This document shows positions 13,186-22,833 of a DNA stretch of 64,000 bases, one piece after another; within the stretch, counting starts at the first letter, position 1; every line of letters begins with the position of its first letter. The stretch is from Gaiellaceae bacterium (GTDB taxonomy: Bacteria; Actinomycetota; Thermoleophilia; Gaiellales; Gaiellaceae). The DNA lies in the NCBI GenBank assembly GCA_035248765.1, contig DATFHC010000176.1:1245-65244 (forward strand), written 5' to 3'. The position numbers were made by a program, and so were the translations under genes. Under the pieces are notes generated by a model. It did no database searches and was not told the origin of the DNA. It worked only from the letters and a program-made list of their open reading frames with translations.

Positions 13186-14990
13186 CAGCCGCCGATCCTT
13201 AGCAGGTGGCTCTGGCCGGGGGCGAGCTTGACGTAGTTGCGGCCGATCCGCCACGTCCAGGTCTCGTCCGAGAGGAGGTCGCGCACCGGATACGCCGGCG
13301 GGAGCCCAGTCGAGACCGGCACGACGCAGACGCCGACCTGAGTCGCGCGCGGGTCGAGGTTGACGATCGTCACCACGCTCGACTCGCCGCGCCGCTTGAG
13401 GAAGGCGAAGAGCTGCTCGTTCTCGGTCTCGAGGATCGTCAGCGGGTCGAGCCACTGGAGCGCCGGGTTCTCGCGGCGCGCCGCGTTCAGCTTGGCGAGC
13501 AGCGGCAGGAGCGGTCCGTCGAGGGTCCGCTCCTTCACTTCGTACTTCTCCGAGTCGAGGTACTCCTCGGATCCGGGTCGCACGGGCTTGTTCTCGCAGT
13601 TCTCGAAGCCCGAGTAGATGCCGTACGCGGGCGAGAGCGTCGCCGCGAGCACGAGACGCGCCTCGAAGGCCGGTCGGCCCCCGTGCTGGAGGTACTCGTG
13701 GAGGATGTCAGGCGTGTTCGCGAAGCAGTTCGGCCGGTAGAAGTCGCGCCATTCGTGGAGCTGGCCTAGGAACTCGAGCAGCTCCCAGCGCGTGTTCTTC
13801 CACGTGAAGTACGTGTAGCTCTCCGCGAAGCCGGCCTTGGCGAGCGTGGTCATCGGCGCGGGCCGCGTGAACGCTTCGGAAAAGAAGATCACGTCCGGGT
13901 TCTCCTGCCGCACCTCGCGGATCAGCCACTCCCAGAAGGGCACGGGCTTCGTGTGCGGATTGTCGACGCGGAAGACCGTGACGCCGCAGTCGACCCAGTG
14001 GCGGACGACATCGAGGAGGGCCTGCCAGAGGCCGCGCCAGTCCTCGCTCCCGAAGTCGACGTTGTAGATGTCCTGGTAGCGCTTCGGCGGGTTCTCGGCG
14101 TACTTCAGCGTCCCGTCCGGCCGGCGAAAGAACCACTCGGGGTGTTGCTTCAGCCAGGGGTGGTCGGGTGAGCACTGGATCGCGAAGTCGAGCGCGATCT
14201 CGATCCCGAGCTCCTTCGCGTCGCTGACGAGCTTGCGGAATTGCTTCTCGGTTCCCAGCGAAGGCTCGATCGCGTCGTGTCCGCCCTTCTCCGAGCCGAT
14301 CGCCCACGGGCTGCCGACGTCGCCGGGCTTCGCCGTTTCGGAGTTGTTCCGTCCCTTGCGGTTCGTGTGGCCGATCGGGTGGATCGGCGGCAGGTACAGG
14401 ACGTCGACGCCGAGCTCGGCGAAGCGCGGCAGCAGGGCGCGGACGCCCTTGAAGCCGCCCCAGGAGCGCGGAAAGAGCTCGTACCACGAACCGAAGCGGG
14501 CCAGGACGCGGTCGACGTCGATCTCGTACGTCGCCGACCACGCCTTCTCGGAGCGCTGACCCGCCGGGGCCGCGAGCGCCTCGTCCACGGTCAGCTCGTC
14601 GACGCCGAGAAGCACAGCGCCCTCCGACAGCTCGCCGGCGAGGCCGGCCTGGCCTGCCGCGACCTTGCGCCGCAGCTCTTCCTGGAACGACGCGACGCGG
14701 TCGACCCACGCCTCGATCCGAAAGCACCAGAGACCCGGCCGGTCGACCTCGAAGAAGCCGCTCCAGAGGTCGTTGCCGAGCGGCTCGAGTGGGGTCTCGG
14801 TCCACCCGGTCGACCCCGGGCTCCGATGGCGGATCGCCGCGCCGAGCGTCTCATGTCCGTCGCGGAAGACCCGCGCGGTCACCTCGACGCGCTCGCCGAG
14901 GGTGCGCTTGACCGGGTAGCGGCCGCAATCGATCTGAGGCGCGACCTCCTGGATCTGGATCCGGGCGGGAGGGGTCTTCGGCATCGGCAC
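13185..14990 (-). CDS. glgE: alpha-1,4-glucan:maltose-1-phosphate maltosyltransferase
   Basis: 601 aa. N-terminus [22 protein letters not shown] is typical of GlgE. GH13_3 core ([10 protein letters not shown]). It is the first gene of the operon. Confidence 0.9.
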   Translation of the reverse strand: MPMPKTPPARIQIQEVAPQIDCGRYPVKRTLGERVEVTARVFRDGHETLGAAIRHRSPGSTGWTETPLEPLGNDLWSGFFEVDRPGLWCFRIEAWVDRVASFQEELRRKVAAGQAGLAGELSEGAVLLGVDELTVDEALAAPAGQRSEKAWSATYEIDVDRVLARFGSWYELFPRSWGGFKGVRALLPRFAELGVDVLYLPPIHPIGHTNRKGRNNSETAKPGDVGSPWAIGSEKGGHDAIEPSLGTEKQFRKLVSDAKELGIEIALDFAIQCSPDHPWLKQHPEWFFRRPDGTLKYAENPPKRYQDIYNVDFGSEDWRGLWQALLDVVRHWVDCGVTVFRVDNPHTKPVPFWEWLIREVRQENPDVIFFSEAFTRPAPMTTLAKAGFAESYTYFTWKNTRWELLEFLGQLHEWRDFYRPNCFANTPDILHEYLQHGGRPAFEARLVLAATLSPAYGIYSGFENCENKPVRPGSEEYLDSEKYEVKERTLDGPLLPLLAKLNAARRENPALQWLDPLTILETENEQLFAFLKRRGESSVVTIVNLDPRATQVGVCVVPVSTGLPPAYPVRDLLSDETWTWRIGRNYVKLAPGQSHLLRIGG

Positions 14991-15006
14991 GTGCGAAGTC
15001 TCACTG

Positions 15007-16227
15007 ATGAGGCAGGATCAAAACGTGGACCTCGCGCGCTCGGCAGGCATCCTCCTCCACCCGACGTCCTTGCCCTCGGGGAAGCTCGACCGCGAGGCGT
15101 ACCGGTTCGTCGACTGGCTCGCGGCGGCCGGGCAGTCGTGGTGGCAGGTGCTACCGCTCGGGCCGCCGGACGAGTTCCGCTCCCCGTACAGGTCGCCGTC
15201 GGCCTTCGCCGCGTCCCCGCACCTACTCGCCCGGCCCGACGCTCGCGTCACACTCGGCGAGGTCGAGGACTTCGTCGCGCGGCACCCGTACTGGATCGGG
15301 AGCTGGGCGTCTTTTGCAAGTGGGGCGGCGATCGCCGATCAGGTGCGCTTCGAACGGGAGTGGGGAGCACTGCGCGCATACGCGGCGTACCGCGGTATCC
15401 GGCTGATCGGCGACCTACCGATCTACGTCTCCGACGAGGGGGCGGATCATGCGGGCTGGCCCGAGCTCTTCGCGCGCGGCGAGGTCGCAGGAGCTCCGCC
15501 CGACGCGCTCAACGCGATGGGACAGCGGTGGGGGAACCCACTTTACGACTGGCCGGCGCACCGGGCGACCGGCTACCGCTGGTGGCGCGAGCGCTTCCGC
15601 CGCACGTTCGAGCTCGTGGACGTCTGCCGCGTGGATCACTTCCGGGGCTTCGTCTCCTACTGGGCGATTCCCGAACGGAACCGCACGGCGAAGAACGGGC
15701 GCTGGCGCCCCGGCCCCGGTGCCGAGCTGTTCGACGCGGTCGCGCGGGATCTCGGCCACCTGTCGCTGATCGCAGAGGATCTCGGCCACATCACGCCGCC
15801 GGTCTACCGCTTGCGGGACGAGCTCGGCCTGCCGGGGATGATCGTCCTGCTCTGGGCGTTCCGGACCGGGCGACACAACCCGCACGCGCCGGCGAACCAC
15901 CGCGCCAACTCGGTCGCCTACACGAGCACGCACGACACGGCCACGGCCGTCGGCTGGTTCGAGAGCCTGGGACGTCGGCGGCAGGCCGCCACCGGGCTCG
16001 ATCCGCTAGAGCCGCACTGGGGCCTGATCGAGCTCGCGTACTCCTCCCGGGCGGGGCTCGCGATCGTCCCCGCGCAGGACGTGCTCGGCCTTGGCAACGA
16101 GGCGCGGATGAACCGTCCGGGCGTCACGAACGGCAACTGGACCTGGCAGCTCGAGCGAGGCGCGTTGACGCCGGCGCTGGCCCGGCGGTTGCGGGGCCTC
16201 GCCGGACGCAACGGCCGCCTGACCTGA
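15007..16227 (+). CDS. malQ: 4-alpha-glucanotransferase (amylomaltase, GH77)
   Basis: 406 aa. Motifs SAGILLHPTSLP, DLPIYV, CRVDHFRGF and TSTHDT. It is divergent from glgE. Confidence 0.88.
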   Translation: MRQDQNVDLARSAGILLHPTSLPSGKLDREAYRFVDWLAAAGQSWWQVLPLGPPDEFRSPYRSPSAFAASPHLLARPDARVTLGEVEDFVARHPYWIGSWASFASGAAIADQVRFEREWGALRAYAAYRGIRLIGDLPIYVSDEGADHAGWPELFARGEVAGAPPDALNAMGQRWGNPLYDWPAHRATGYRWWRERFRRTFELVDVCRVDHFRGFVSYWAIPERNRTAKNGRWRPGPGAELFDAVARDLGHLSLIAEDLGHITPPVYRLRDELGLPGMIVLLWAFRTGRHNPHAPANHRANSVAYTSTHDTATAVGWFESLGRRRQAATGLDPLEPHWGLIELAYSSRAGLAIVPAQDVLGLGNEARMNRPGVTNGNWTWQLERGALTPALARRLRGLAGRNGRLT

Positions 16228-16815
16228 CTACTCCGCCGTGCGGCGGCCGAGCGAGCGCAGCAGCGGATCCGTGATCCGCTCGACATACGCGACGACCCAC
16301 GAGACGAAGCGCGGCAGGAGACGGACGACGACGCCTGCTGCCACGAGTCCGACGACGACTCCTGCGGCTATGTCGCTCGGATAGTGCGCGCCGATGAAGA
16401 GGCGGCCTACGCCGATGATTGCGGCGACCACGAGGAAGATCGCTCCCGCGGCGATGTCGAAGGAGAGCACCGCGAACGCAATGGCGAACGACACGGTGGT
16501 GTGGTCGCTCGGGAAGGTCGCGTCGGTAGAAGTCGACCAGGGGTGGCTGATGTGGTGCGACTCGTACGGACGGGGCCGGTCGTACGCGTGGTGGATGACG
16601 AACGCGACCACGTACGAGAGTGCCGCTGCCGCAAAGCCGCTCCCACACGCGAGCTTCCACTTGCGATCGCCGCCTGGCCGACTCAGGAACCAGAGAACCG
16701 CGGTGATGACCACCATCACCGGGATGCTCGCTTTCTCGATGTCGGAGAAGAGCGTTCCCACCCAGTGATGGTGGAGGGAGACGTCGTAGACCGCTTTGTA
16801 GAGGCGCCAGTCCAA
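16228..16815 (-). CDS. PAP2-family phosphatase (membrane)
   Basis: 195 aa. PAP2 motifs YDRPRP, FPSDHT and GRLFIGAHYPSDI, plus several TM segments. It lies 12 nt downstream of phoU. Confidence 0.8.
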   Translation of the reverse strand: MDWRLYKAVYDVSLHHHWVGTLFSDIEKASIPVMVVITAVLWFLSRPGGDRKWKLACGSGFAAAALSYVVAFVIHHAYDRPRPYESHHISHPWSTSTDATFPSDHTTVSFAIAFAVLSFDIAAGAIFLVVAAIIGVGRLFIGAHYPSDIAAGVVVGLVAAGVVVRLLPRFVSWVVAYVERITDPLLRSLGRRTAE

Positions 16816-16827
16816 CGTCCGTGAGAC

Positions 16828-17493
16828 CTACCCGACCGGGTGAGAAGCGTCGGTGAACTCTCGGAACTCGGCGGTCAACAGGTACGCAGTTTGCTCGCCG
16901 ATGTCGACCGCACGGTCGCCGATCCGTTCGATCGTCCGGGCGACGACCACCATTCGCAATCCCCACTCGCGAAACTCGGCCGTCGCCATCACGTCGACGA
17001 GACGCTCGACGAAGCGCCTGTTGGCACGGTCGATCAGCTCGTCGAGCTCGACGAGGCTCTCGGCGCCTGAGAGGTCGCGGCGGCTGAAGGAATCGAGCGC
17101 CACGCGCAGCATCTCCTCCGCCCGCTCGCCCATCTCGGTCAGGGTCTCGACGAGCGCCGGATCCGGCTCGACGTCGGCGACGAGCTGCGACAGCTTCGCG
17201 ATCGTCACACAGCCGTCGGCGCTTCGCTCGAGCAAGAGGTTGATGTGGATCATCGCGAGCAAGAGGCGGAGGTCCCGCGCGACCGGGGTTTGCAGCGCCA
17301 GCAGCGACTGGATGGATTGCTCGATACCGAGGAAGTGGTTGTCGACCTGGTCGTCGAAGGCGATCACCTCGTCGGCGAGCTCGCGGTCGCGCTCCTCGAG
17401 CGCCCGAATCGCCCCGTGTACGGCGCTGAGGACGCGCACCCCCATCTCCTGGAGCTGAGCTTCGATCTGCTCTAGCGCGGCGTCGATCGCCAT
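16828..17493 (-). CDS. phoU: phosphate signalling complex protein PhoU
   Basis: 221 aa from the ATG at 17493 (MAIDAALEQIEAQL). Duplicated PhoU repeat with E/DxxxD-type motifs (DRELADEVIAFDDQVD; RIGDRAVDIGE). The longer track ORF (to 17829) has a non-protein-like N-terminus. Confidence 0.85.
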   Translation of the reverse strand: MAIDAALEQIEAQLQEMGVRVLSAVHGAIRALEERDRELADEVIAFDDQVDNHFLGIEQSIQSLLALQTPVARDLRLLLAMIHINLLLERSADGCVTIAKLSQLVADVEPDPALVETLTEMGERAEEMLRVALDSFSRRDLSGAESLVELDELIDRANRRFVERLVDVMATAEFREWGLRMVVVARTIERIGDRAVDIGEQTAYLLTAEFREFTDASHPVG

Positions 17494-17537
17494 CACGAGC
17501 CAGGGTACTAGTTGGCTCCGCAAGCGGCGCCAGAGCT

Positions 17538-17581
17538 CTTCACCACGTCGTATCCACGTTGCAACGGCGGCGTATCCCACC
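17538..17581 (+). promoter_or_regulatory. candidate PHO-box array in the phoU/pstS divergent region
   Basis: Four 11-nt phased units: cTTCACCacgt, cgTATCCAcgt, tgcaacggcgg, cgTATCCCacc. CCACGT recurs exactly 11 nt apart and CGTATCC exactly 22 nt apart. The array lies about 60-100 nt upstream of the pstS ATG. Confidence 0.4.
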
Positions 17582-17638
17582 CTCCGGAAGAAGCGCCGTA
17601 GCGTGCTCCGCGAACCCTTGATGAGGAGGACGAAAGAC

Positions 17639-18691
17639 ATGCCGAGAAACGGCAAGCTCGTTCGCATCGCCCTTGCGCTCGCCGCCGTGAGTCTCGTCGC
17701 TGCGCTCGCGGTCACGAGCGCCGGAGCCGCCGGCAAGCGGTCGGCCGGAACCCTGAACGGCGCCGGGTCTTCGCTCGTTGCGCCCGCAGTCGCGAAGTGG
17801 GGCTCGATGTATTCGGCCGACACGATCAACTACTCGCCGATCGGCTCGGGCGGCGGGATCTCGCAGATTTCCGCGCGCTCGGTGGACTTCGGCGCAAGCG
17901 ACGCGCCGTTGACGAAGGATCAAGGCACTGGCTGCCACGGCTGCATTCAGATCCCGTGGGCGCTCACCGCGACCATCCCCGTCTACAACATCCCCGGAGT
18001 CGGTGACCACCAGCTCAAGCTCACTGGCACCGTGCTGGCGAACATCTATCTCGGCACCATCACGAAGTGGGACGACCCGGCCATCAAGGCGCTGAACAGC
18101 GGCCTCAACCTGCCGGACAAGAAGATCGTTCCGGTTCATCGCAGTGACGGCTCGGGAGACACCTACGTCTTCACGAACTACCTCTCGAAGGTCAACAAGT
18201 CGTGGAAGAGCAAGGTCGGCTGCGCGACTACCGTCAGCTGGCCGGCAGGCCCGGGCGGGTCGAAGAATCCGGGCGTCGCCGCGCTCGTCAGTTCGACGCC
18301 AGGCGCGATCGGCTACGTCTCCGACTTCTACGCGATCCAGAACCACATCGCGAAGGCGCGGATGAAGAACGCCGCCGGCTCCTACGTGCTGCCGAAGATC
18401 AGCTCGATCGAGGCCGCGGCGCAGCTGGTGAAGGGGGCGAAGATCCCTGCCAACAACAAGATCTCGCTCACGAACCCGCCCGCGTCGAAGAAGTACAAGA
18501 ACGCGTGGCCGATCTCGACCTTCACCTACGTGATCGTCCCGACCTCGAGCCCGAAGGCTGCCCAGATCAAGGCGTTCATCAAGTTCGCCCTGAGCTCCAA
18601 CGCGCAGAAGGCGATTCAGGCCTACGTCTTCGCGCCGATGCCGAGCTCGGTGGTCACGGCAGCGAAGAAGACACTGGCCTCGATTCACTAG
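17639..18691 (+). CDS. pstS: phosphate ABC transporter substrate-binding protein
   Basis: 350 aa from the ATG at 17639, preceded by GAGGAGG. Signal peptide present; NGAGSSLVAP and SDGSGDT motifs are typical of PstS. Confidence 0.92.
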   Translation: MPRNGKLVRIALALAAVSLVAALAVTSAGAAGKRSAGTLNGAGSSLVAPAVAKWGSMYSADTINYSPIGSGGGISQISARSVDFGASDAPLTKDQGTGCHGCIQIPWALTATIPVYNIPGVGDHQLKLTGTVLANIYLGTITKWDDPAIKALNSGLNLPDKKIVPVHRSDGSGDTYVFTNYLSKVNKSWKSKVGCATTVSWPAGPGGSKNPGVAALVSSTPGAIGYVSDFYAIQNHIAKARMKNAAGSYVLPKISSIEAAAQLVKGAKIPANNKISLTNPPASKKYKNAWPISTFTYVIVPTSSPKAAQIKAFIKFALSSNAQKAIQAYVFAPMPSSVVTAAKKTLASIH

Positions 18692-18709
18692 AAGGAATCG
18701 CCTCGTCTC

Positions 18710-19687
18710 GTGAGCACCTTCGACGCGACCAGCGAGACCGTTCGCCGCCCCCTCGCGGGGCGGCGGGCGCGGCTTGGCGACGTTCTCCTCCAAGGAGTCG
18801 CCGGCGCGGCTGCGGCGGGCGCCGTCGTCCTGCTCGGTCTGATCGCGTACAAGGTCGTCGAGGGCTCGCGGCTCGGCCTCTCGGCCTTCGGGCTCGGCTT
18901 CCTTACGCACATCGGCTGGGACCCCGTCCACACCAAGATGGGGGCCGCGGTCTTCCTCTTCGGCGCGGCGGTCACCTCTCTCGGCGCCCTGATACTCGCC
19001 ACGCCGCTCGCGCTCGGAATCGCGCTCTTCCTCAGTGAGCTGGCGCCGCGCTGGATCCGTGCCCCGGTCACGGCGCTCGTCGAGACGCTCGCCGCGATTC
19101 CCAGCGTGGTGATCGGGCTCTGGGGGATCATCGTGCTCGGCCCGGTGCTGCGCGATCACGTCATGCCCGCGCTGCACTCGACGTTCGGCTTCATCCCGCT
19201 CTTCGGCACGCCGAGCTCGACCGGAACGGGGATCTTCACCGCGATGGTCGTCCTCACGATCATGATCCTGCCGATCGTCTCGAGCATCTCTCGCGAGCTC
19301 TTCCTCGGCGTTCCCACCGAGCTGAAAGAGGCGGCACTCGGGCTCGGAACGACGCGCTGGGAGATGGTACGCGGCGTCATCCTCCCGTATGCGCGCGGCG
19401 GGATCGCAGCCGCGATGATCCTCGGTCTCGGGCGCGCAGTCGGCGAGGCGATCGCCGTCGCCCAGGTCATCGGCTCGGTCGACAACCACATCGGCTGGAA
19501 CCTCTTCAACGGGGGCGACACGCCCGCCGCGAAGATCGCAAACGAGTTCACGAACGCTTCTGGCCTCGAAGTTCCGTCCCTCTTCTATCTCGCGCTGATC
19601 CTGCTCGTCTTCTCGCTCGTCGTGAACACGTTCGCCCAGATCATCGTGCGACGCGTCGCGCGGCGTCAGGGACTGGCGGCTCGGTGA
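18710..19687 (+). CDS. pstC: phosphate ABC transporter permease PstC
   Basis: 325 aa. Multi-TM protein with the EAA-type loop EAALGLGTTRWEM. Confidence 0.92.
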   Translation: MSTFDATSETVRRPLAGRRARLGDVLLQGVAGAAAAGAVVLLGLIAYKVVEGSRLGLSAFGLGFLTHIGWDPVHTKMGAAVFLFGAAVTSLGALILATPLALGIALFLSELAPRWIRAPVTALVETLAAIPSVVIGLWGIIVLGPVLRDHVMPALHSTFGFIPLFGTPSSTGTGIFTAMVVLTIMILPIVSSISRELFLGVPTELKEAALGLGTTRWEMVRGVILPYARGGIAAAMILGLGRAVGEAIAVAQVIGSVDNHIGWNLFNGGDTPAAKIANEFTNASGLEVPSLFYLALILLVFSLVVNTFAQIIVRRVARRQGLAAR

Positions 19688-20580
19688 GCGCCGTCGATCT
19701 CACCACACTGCAGCGTCCCCACGACCGGTTGTTGAGGCGGCGCGCCGTCAACCGCAGCATGGAGCTCCTGGCCTGGCTCGCGGGCGCCATCGCGGTTGCC
19801 ATCCTCGGCATCGTCGTCTGGTCGGTGGCGAAGCGCGGTGCGGGCGAGCTCAACTGGGATCTGCTCACGAAGACGCCGGTGAGCTTCGCCATCGGAAACG
19901 AGCCGCAGGGCCTCGCCAACGCGTTCGTCGGCAGCCTCGTGATCGTCGGGCTCGCGACGTTGATGGCCCTTCCGGCCGGGATCCTGGTGGCGATCTACGT
20001 CAACGAGTTCGCTCCGCGGGCGATACGAAACGGTGTCGGTCTCGCACTCGACGTGCTCAACGGAATCCCGGCGATCGTGGTCGGCATCTTCATCTACGGC
20101 CTCCTGGTCGTCGGCCGCGGACCGAGCGGATTCGCAGGCTCGTTCGCGCTCGCGGTGCTGATGCTCCCGCTCGTCTCGCGAGCAACCATCGAGGTGCTGG
20201 CCCTGGTGCCGGACTCGCTACGCGAGGCTTCGCTCGGACTTGGCATCCCGCGTTGGCGGACGACACTCGGAATCGTCCTGCCGCAGACGATCGGCGGGAT
20301 CGTGACCGGAACCGTGCTCGCCGTCGCGCGGGTGACCGGTGAGACCGCTCCGCTCCTTCTCTGCTCCTCGATCGTCGGCAACGCGGTCAGCTGGAATCCG
20401 CACCACGCGCTCTTCTCGGTGCCGCTGGCCATCTTCGAGCTGTCGGAGTCGCCGAATCCGGCCGACCACGCGCGGGCCTGGGCGGCTGCCCTGGTGCTCC
20501 TCATGTTCATCCTCGTGGCCAGCCTGAGCGCACGCTGGCTCGCCACCCGTAGTCGTCGCAAGATCACACGTGCCGGTTGA
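19684..20580 (+). CDS. pstA: phosphate ABC transporter permease PstA
   Basis: 298 aa. EAA loop [13 protein letters not shown]. There is a 4-nt overlap with pstC. Confidence 0.92.
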   Translation: MSAVDLTTLQRPHDRLLRRRAVNRSMELLAWLAGAIAVAILGIVVWSVAKRGAGELNWDLLTKTPVSFAIGNEPQGLANAFVGSLVIVGLATLMALPAGILVAIYVNEFAPRAIRNGVGLALDVLNGIPAIVVGIFIYGLLVVGRGPSGFAGSFALAVLMLPLVSRATIEVLALVPDSLREASLGLGIPRWRTTLGIVLPQTIGGIVTGTVLAVARVTGETAPLLLCSSIVGNAVSWNPHHALFSVPLAIFELSESPNPADHARAWAAALVLLMFILVASLSARWLATRSRRKITRAG

Positions 20581-21455
20581 TGAGCGAAACGAGGGGAGAT
20601 TCAGTGTCCGGGTCGAGTACGATCGAGCACGCCGTGCGCGTCGAGACGAAGCGTCAGCCGCTGCCGCCGCGCGAGCGCCTTCAGCAGGTCTTCGACATCC
20701 AGGACCTCACCGCGATCTACGGCTCCAAGCCGGCGCTCAAGGGCGTCTCGATGGAGGTCTACAAGAACCTCGTCACCGCCGTAATCGGCCCGTCGGGTTG
20801 CGGAAAGAGCACCTTCATTCGCTGTCTCAACCGGATGAACGACCTCGTCCCGGGCTTCCGCCAGAGGGGAACGATCCGCTACCACGGCCAGGACATCGCC
20901 GCCAAGGACGTGGATCCGGTGGCGGTGCGAAGGACGATCGGGATGGTTTTTCAGCGGCCGAACCCGTTCCCGAAGTCGATCTTCGACAACGTCGCCTGGG
21001 GCCTGAAGGTGCTCGGGATGAAGGACGCTCTCGACGAGCGGGTGGAGCGCGCGTTGACGCAGGCCGCGCTCTGGGACGAGGTGAAGGACCGCCTCAAGGC
21101 CAGTGGACTCTCCCTCTCGGGCGGCCAGCAGCAGCGTCTCTGCATCGCGCGCGCCATCGCGGTCGAGCCGGATGTCGTCCTCATGGACGAGCCAGCCTCG
21201 GCGCTTGACCCGATCGCGACGCAGGCGATCGAGCTGCTCCTCAACGAGCTCAAGAGCGAGTACTCCTTCGTGATCGTGACCCACAACATGCAGCAGGCGG
21301 CCCGCGTGGCCGACATGACCGCGTTTTTCTCGATCTCACGCGGCGAGGAAGGCCAGCGGTGGGGAGAGCTGGTGGAGTACGACGCGACCGAGAAGATCTT
21401 CACAGCGCCGTCCGACAAGCGGACGGAGGACTACGTCACCGGCCGCTTCGGTTAG
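20580..21455 (+). CDS. pstB: phosphate ABC transporter ATP-binding protein
   Basis: Walker [10 protein letters not shown], signature LSGGQQQR, Walker B VVLMDEP. The ATG at 20580 overlaps the pstA stop; the track start TTG at 20577 is also possible. Confidence 0.93.
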   Translation: MSETRGDSVSGSSTIEHAVRVETKRQPLPPRERLQQVFDIQDLTAIYGSKPALKGVSMEVYKNLVTAVIGPSGCGKSTFIRCLNRMNDLVPGFRQRGTIRYHGQDIAAKDVDPVAVRRTIGMVFQRPNPFPKSIFDNVAWGLKVLGMKDALDERVERALTQAALWDEVKDRLKASGLSLSGGQQQRLCIARAIAVEPDVVLMDEPASALDPIATQAIELLLNELKSEYSFVIVTHNMQQAARVADMTAFFSISRGEEGQRWGELVEYDATEKIFTAPSDKRTEDYVTGRFG

Positions 21456-21473
21456 CCATTCGCGTCGCGATCC

Positions 21474-21878
21474 GTGACACACGTGCTCTTCGTCTGTGTC
21501 GGCAACGCCGGTCGCTCGGTGATGGCGGAGCGGTTGTTTCGCCGGCTTGCCGGCGACCGGCACACGGCCAGGAGCGCGGGAAGCGATCCCGGCAGCACAG
21601 TGCACCCGCAGGTTCTCGAAGCGCTTCGCGAGATCGGGATCGACGCAGACGACCACGTCCCTCACAAGCTCGACGCCGAAGACCTCGCCTGGGCCGACAT
21701 CGCCGTCTCGACCTGCAGCGAGGAGGTCTGCCCGGTCACACCGGGCGTCCGCAGGATCAGCTGGGAGTTCCCAGACCCGAAGATGCTCGCGTTGGAACAG
21801 GTGCGCCCGGTCAGAGACGAGATCGAGCGGCACGTCGAAAAGCTCGTTCGAGCTCTCGACCGAGAAGCGGCCGCCTGA
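21474..21878 (+). CDS. low-molecular-weight phosphatase / arsenate reductase family protein
   Basis: 134 aa. N-terminal CX5R(S/T) P-loop VLFVCVGNAGRS. It lies 18 nt downstream of pstB. Confidence 0.8.
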   Translation: MTHVLFVCVGNAGRSVMAERLFRRLAGDRHTARSAGSDPGSTVHPQVLEALREIGIDADDHVPHKLDAEDLAWADIAVSTCSEEVCPVTPGVRRISWEFPDPKMLALEQVRPVRDEIERHVEKLVRALDREAAA

Positions 21879-21897
21879 GCCAGGAACCGTCCTGCGT

Positions 21898-22776
21898 CTA
21901 GCGCCGGGGGAAGCGGACCGTGATCGCCAGGCCCTGGCCGGGCTCGCTCGTTGCTTCGATCTCGCCTCCCGCGGCTGTGACGACGTGCTTGACGATCGCA
22001 AGGCCAAGCCCGGTGCCGCGGCTCGTGCGCGCCTGGTCGCCGCGGTAAAAGCGCTCGAAGAGCCTCGGCAGGTCGCCGGGACGCACGCCCTTGCCGTTGT
22101 CGGAGACTGCGAGCACGGGCCCGTTATCCGAGTCGGACACCTCGATCGTGCACGTGGTGCCCGCCCCTGCGTAGCGGATCGCGTTCGCGAGCAGGTTGTC
22201 GAGCGCGACCCGCAGCATCCGCGGTCGCAGCGGCAGCTCGACCCGGTCGTCGGCCCGCACAGCGATGGTCACCTGAGCGTTGTCGGCGCGATCTGCGAAT
22301 CCGGCCACGATCTCCTCCACGATCGGCTGAGCCCGGGTGCGACCGAGCGAGACGACTTCGCGACCGGTCTCGAGCTCGCCCAGAAAGAGCACGTCGTCGA
22401 TCAGCTCGCGCGCCTGCTCGACCTCATGGCGCGCCTGCTCCATCAGCTCTCCGACGTCCGAGCCGGGCAGAGCCGCGGTCTCGAGCAGCACGAGCAGCCG
22501 CGCGAGCGGCGTTCGCAGCTCGTGAGATACGGCGGCCGTGAAGCCGGCGCGTAGCTCCTGGTAGGCCGAGATCTCCGGCGGCGACTCGAGGAAAAGCACG
22601 AGGACGCCCGGATGTTCCGCCGCGACCTCCTCGGCCAGGCGACGTCCGGCTTCGAGGTCGCCGATCGCGTCGCGCGCCTTTGCGCTCACTGCAACGACGC
22701 GCCGCTCGCTGTCGAGAACGACGAGCGACTCGTCACAGCTCGCAGCGAGCGCTCTGGCCTGCTCCTCGTTCACCAC
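21898..22776 (-). CDS. cytoplasmic sensor histidine kinase, PhoR/SenX3-like
   Basis: 292 aa with no TM segment. H-box [10 protein letters not shown]-box NLLANAIRY, G-box GTGLGLAIV. It lies next to the pst genes and is divergent from an OmpR-family regulator. Confidence 0.85.
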   Translation of the reverse strand: MVNEEQARALAASCDESLVVLDSERRVVAVSAKARDAIGDLEAGRRLAEEVAAEHPGVLVLFLESPPEISAYQELRAGFTAAVSHELRTPLARLLVLLETAALPGSDVGELMEQARHEVEQARELIDDVLFLGELETGREVVSLGRTRAQPIVEEIVAGFADRADNAQVTIAVRADDRVELPLRPRMLRVALDNLLANAIRYAGAGTTCTIEVSDSDNGPVLAVSDNGKGVRPGDLPRLFERFYRGDQARTSRGTGLGLAIVKHVVTAAGGEIEATSEPGQGLAITVRFPRR

Positions 22777-22811
22777 TCCTTCACCCTGCGTCTACCCTTC
22801 GCCTACCCGGT
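22768..22811 (+). promoter_or_regulatory. four tandem 11-bp direct repeats (PHO-box-like) in the kinase/regulator divergent region
   Basis: GTTCACCactc, cTTCACCctgc, GTCTACCcttc, GCCTACCcggt, head to tail. They are followed by GATAAT (22819-22824), 9 nt before the regulator ATG. Confidence 0.55.
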
Positions 22812-22833
22812 CGCGACCGATAATGAGTGAACC

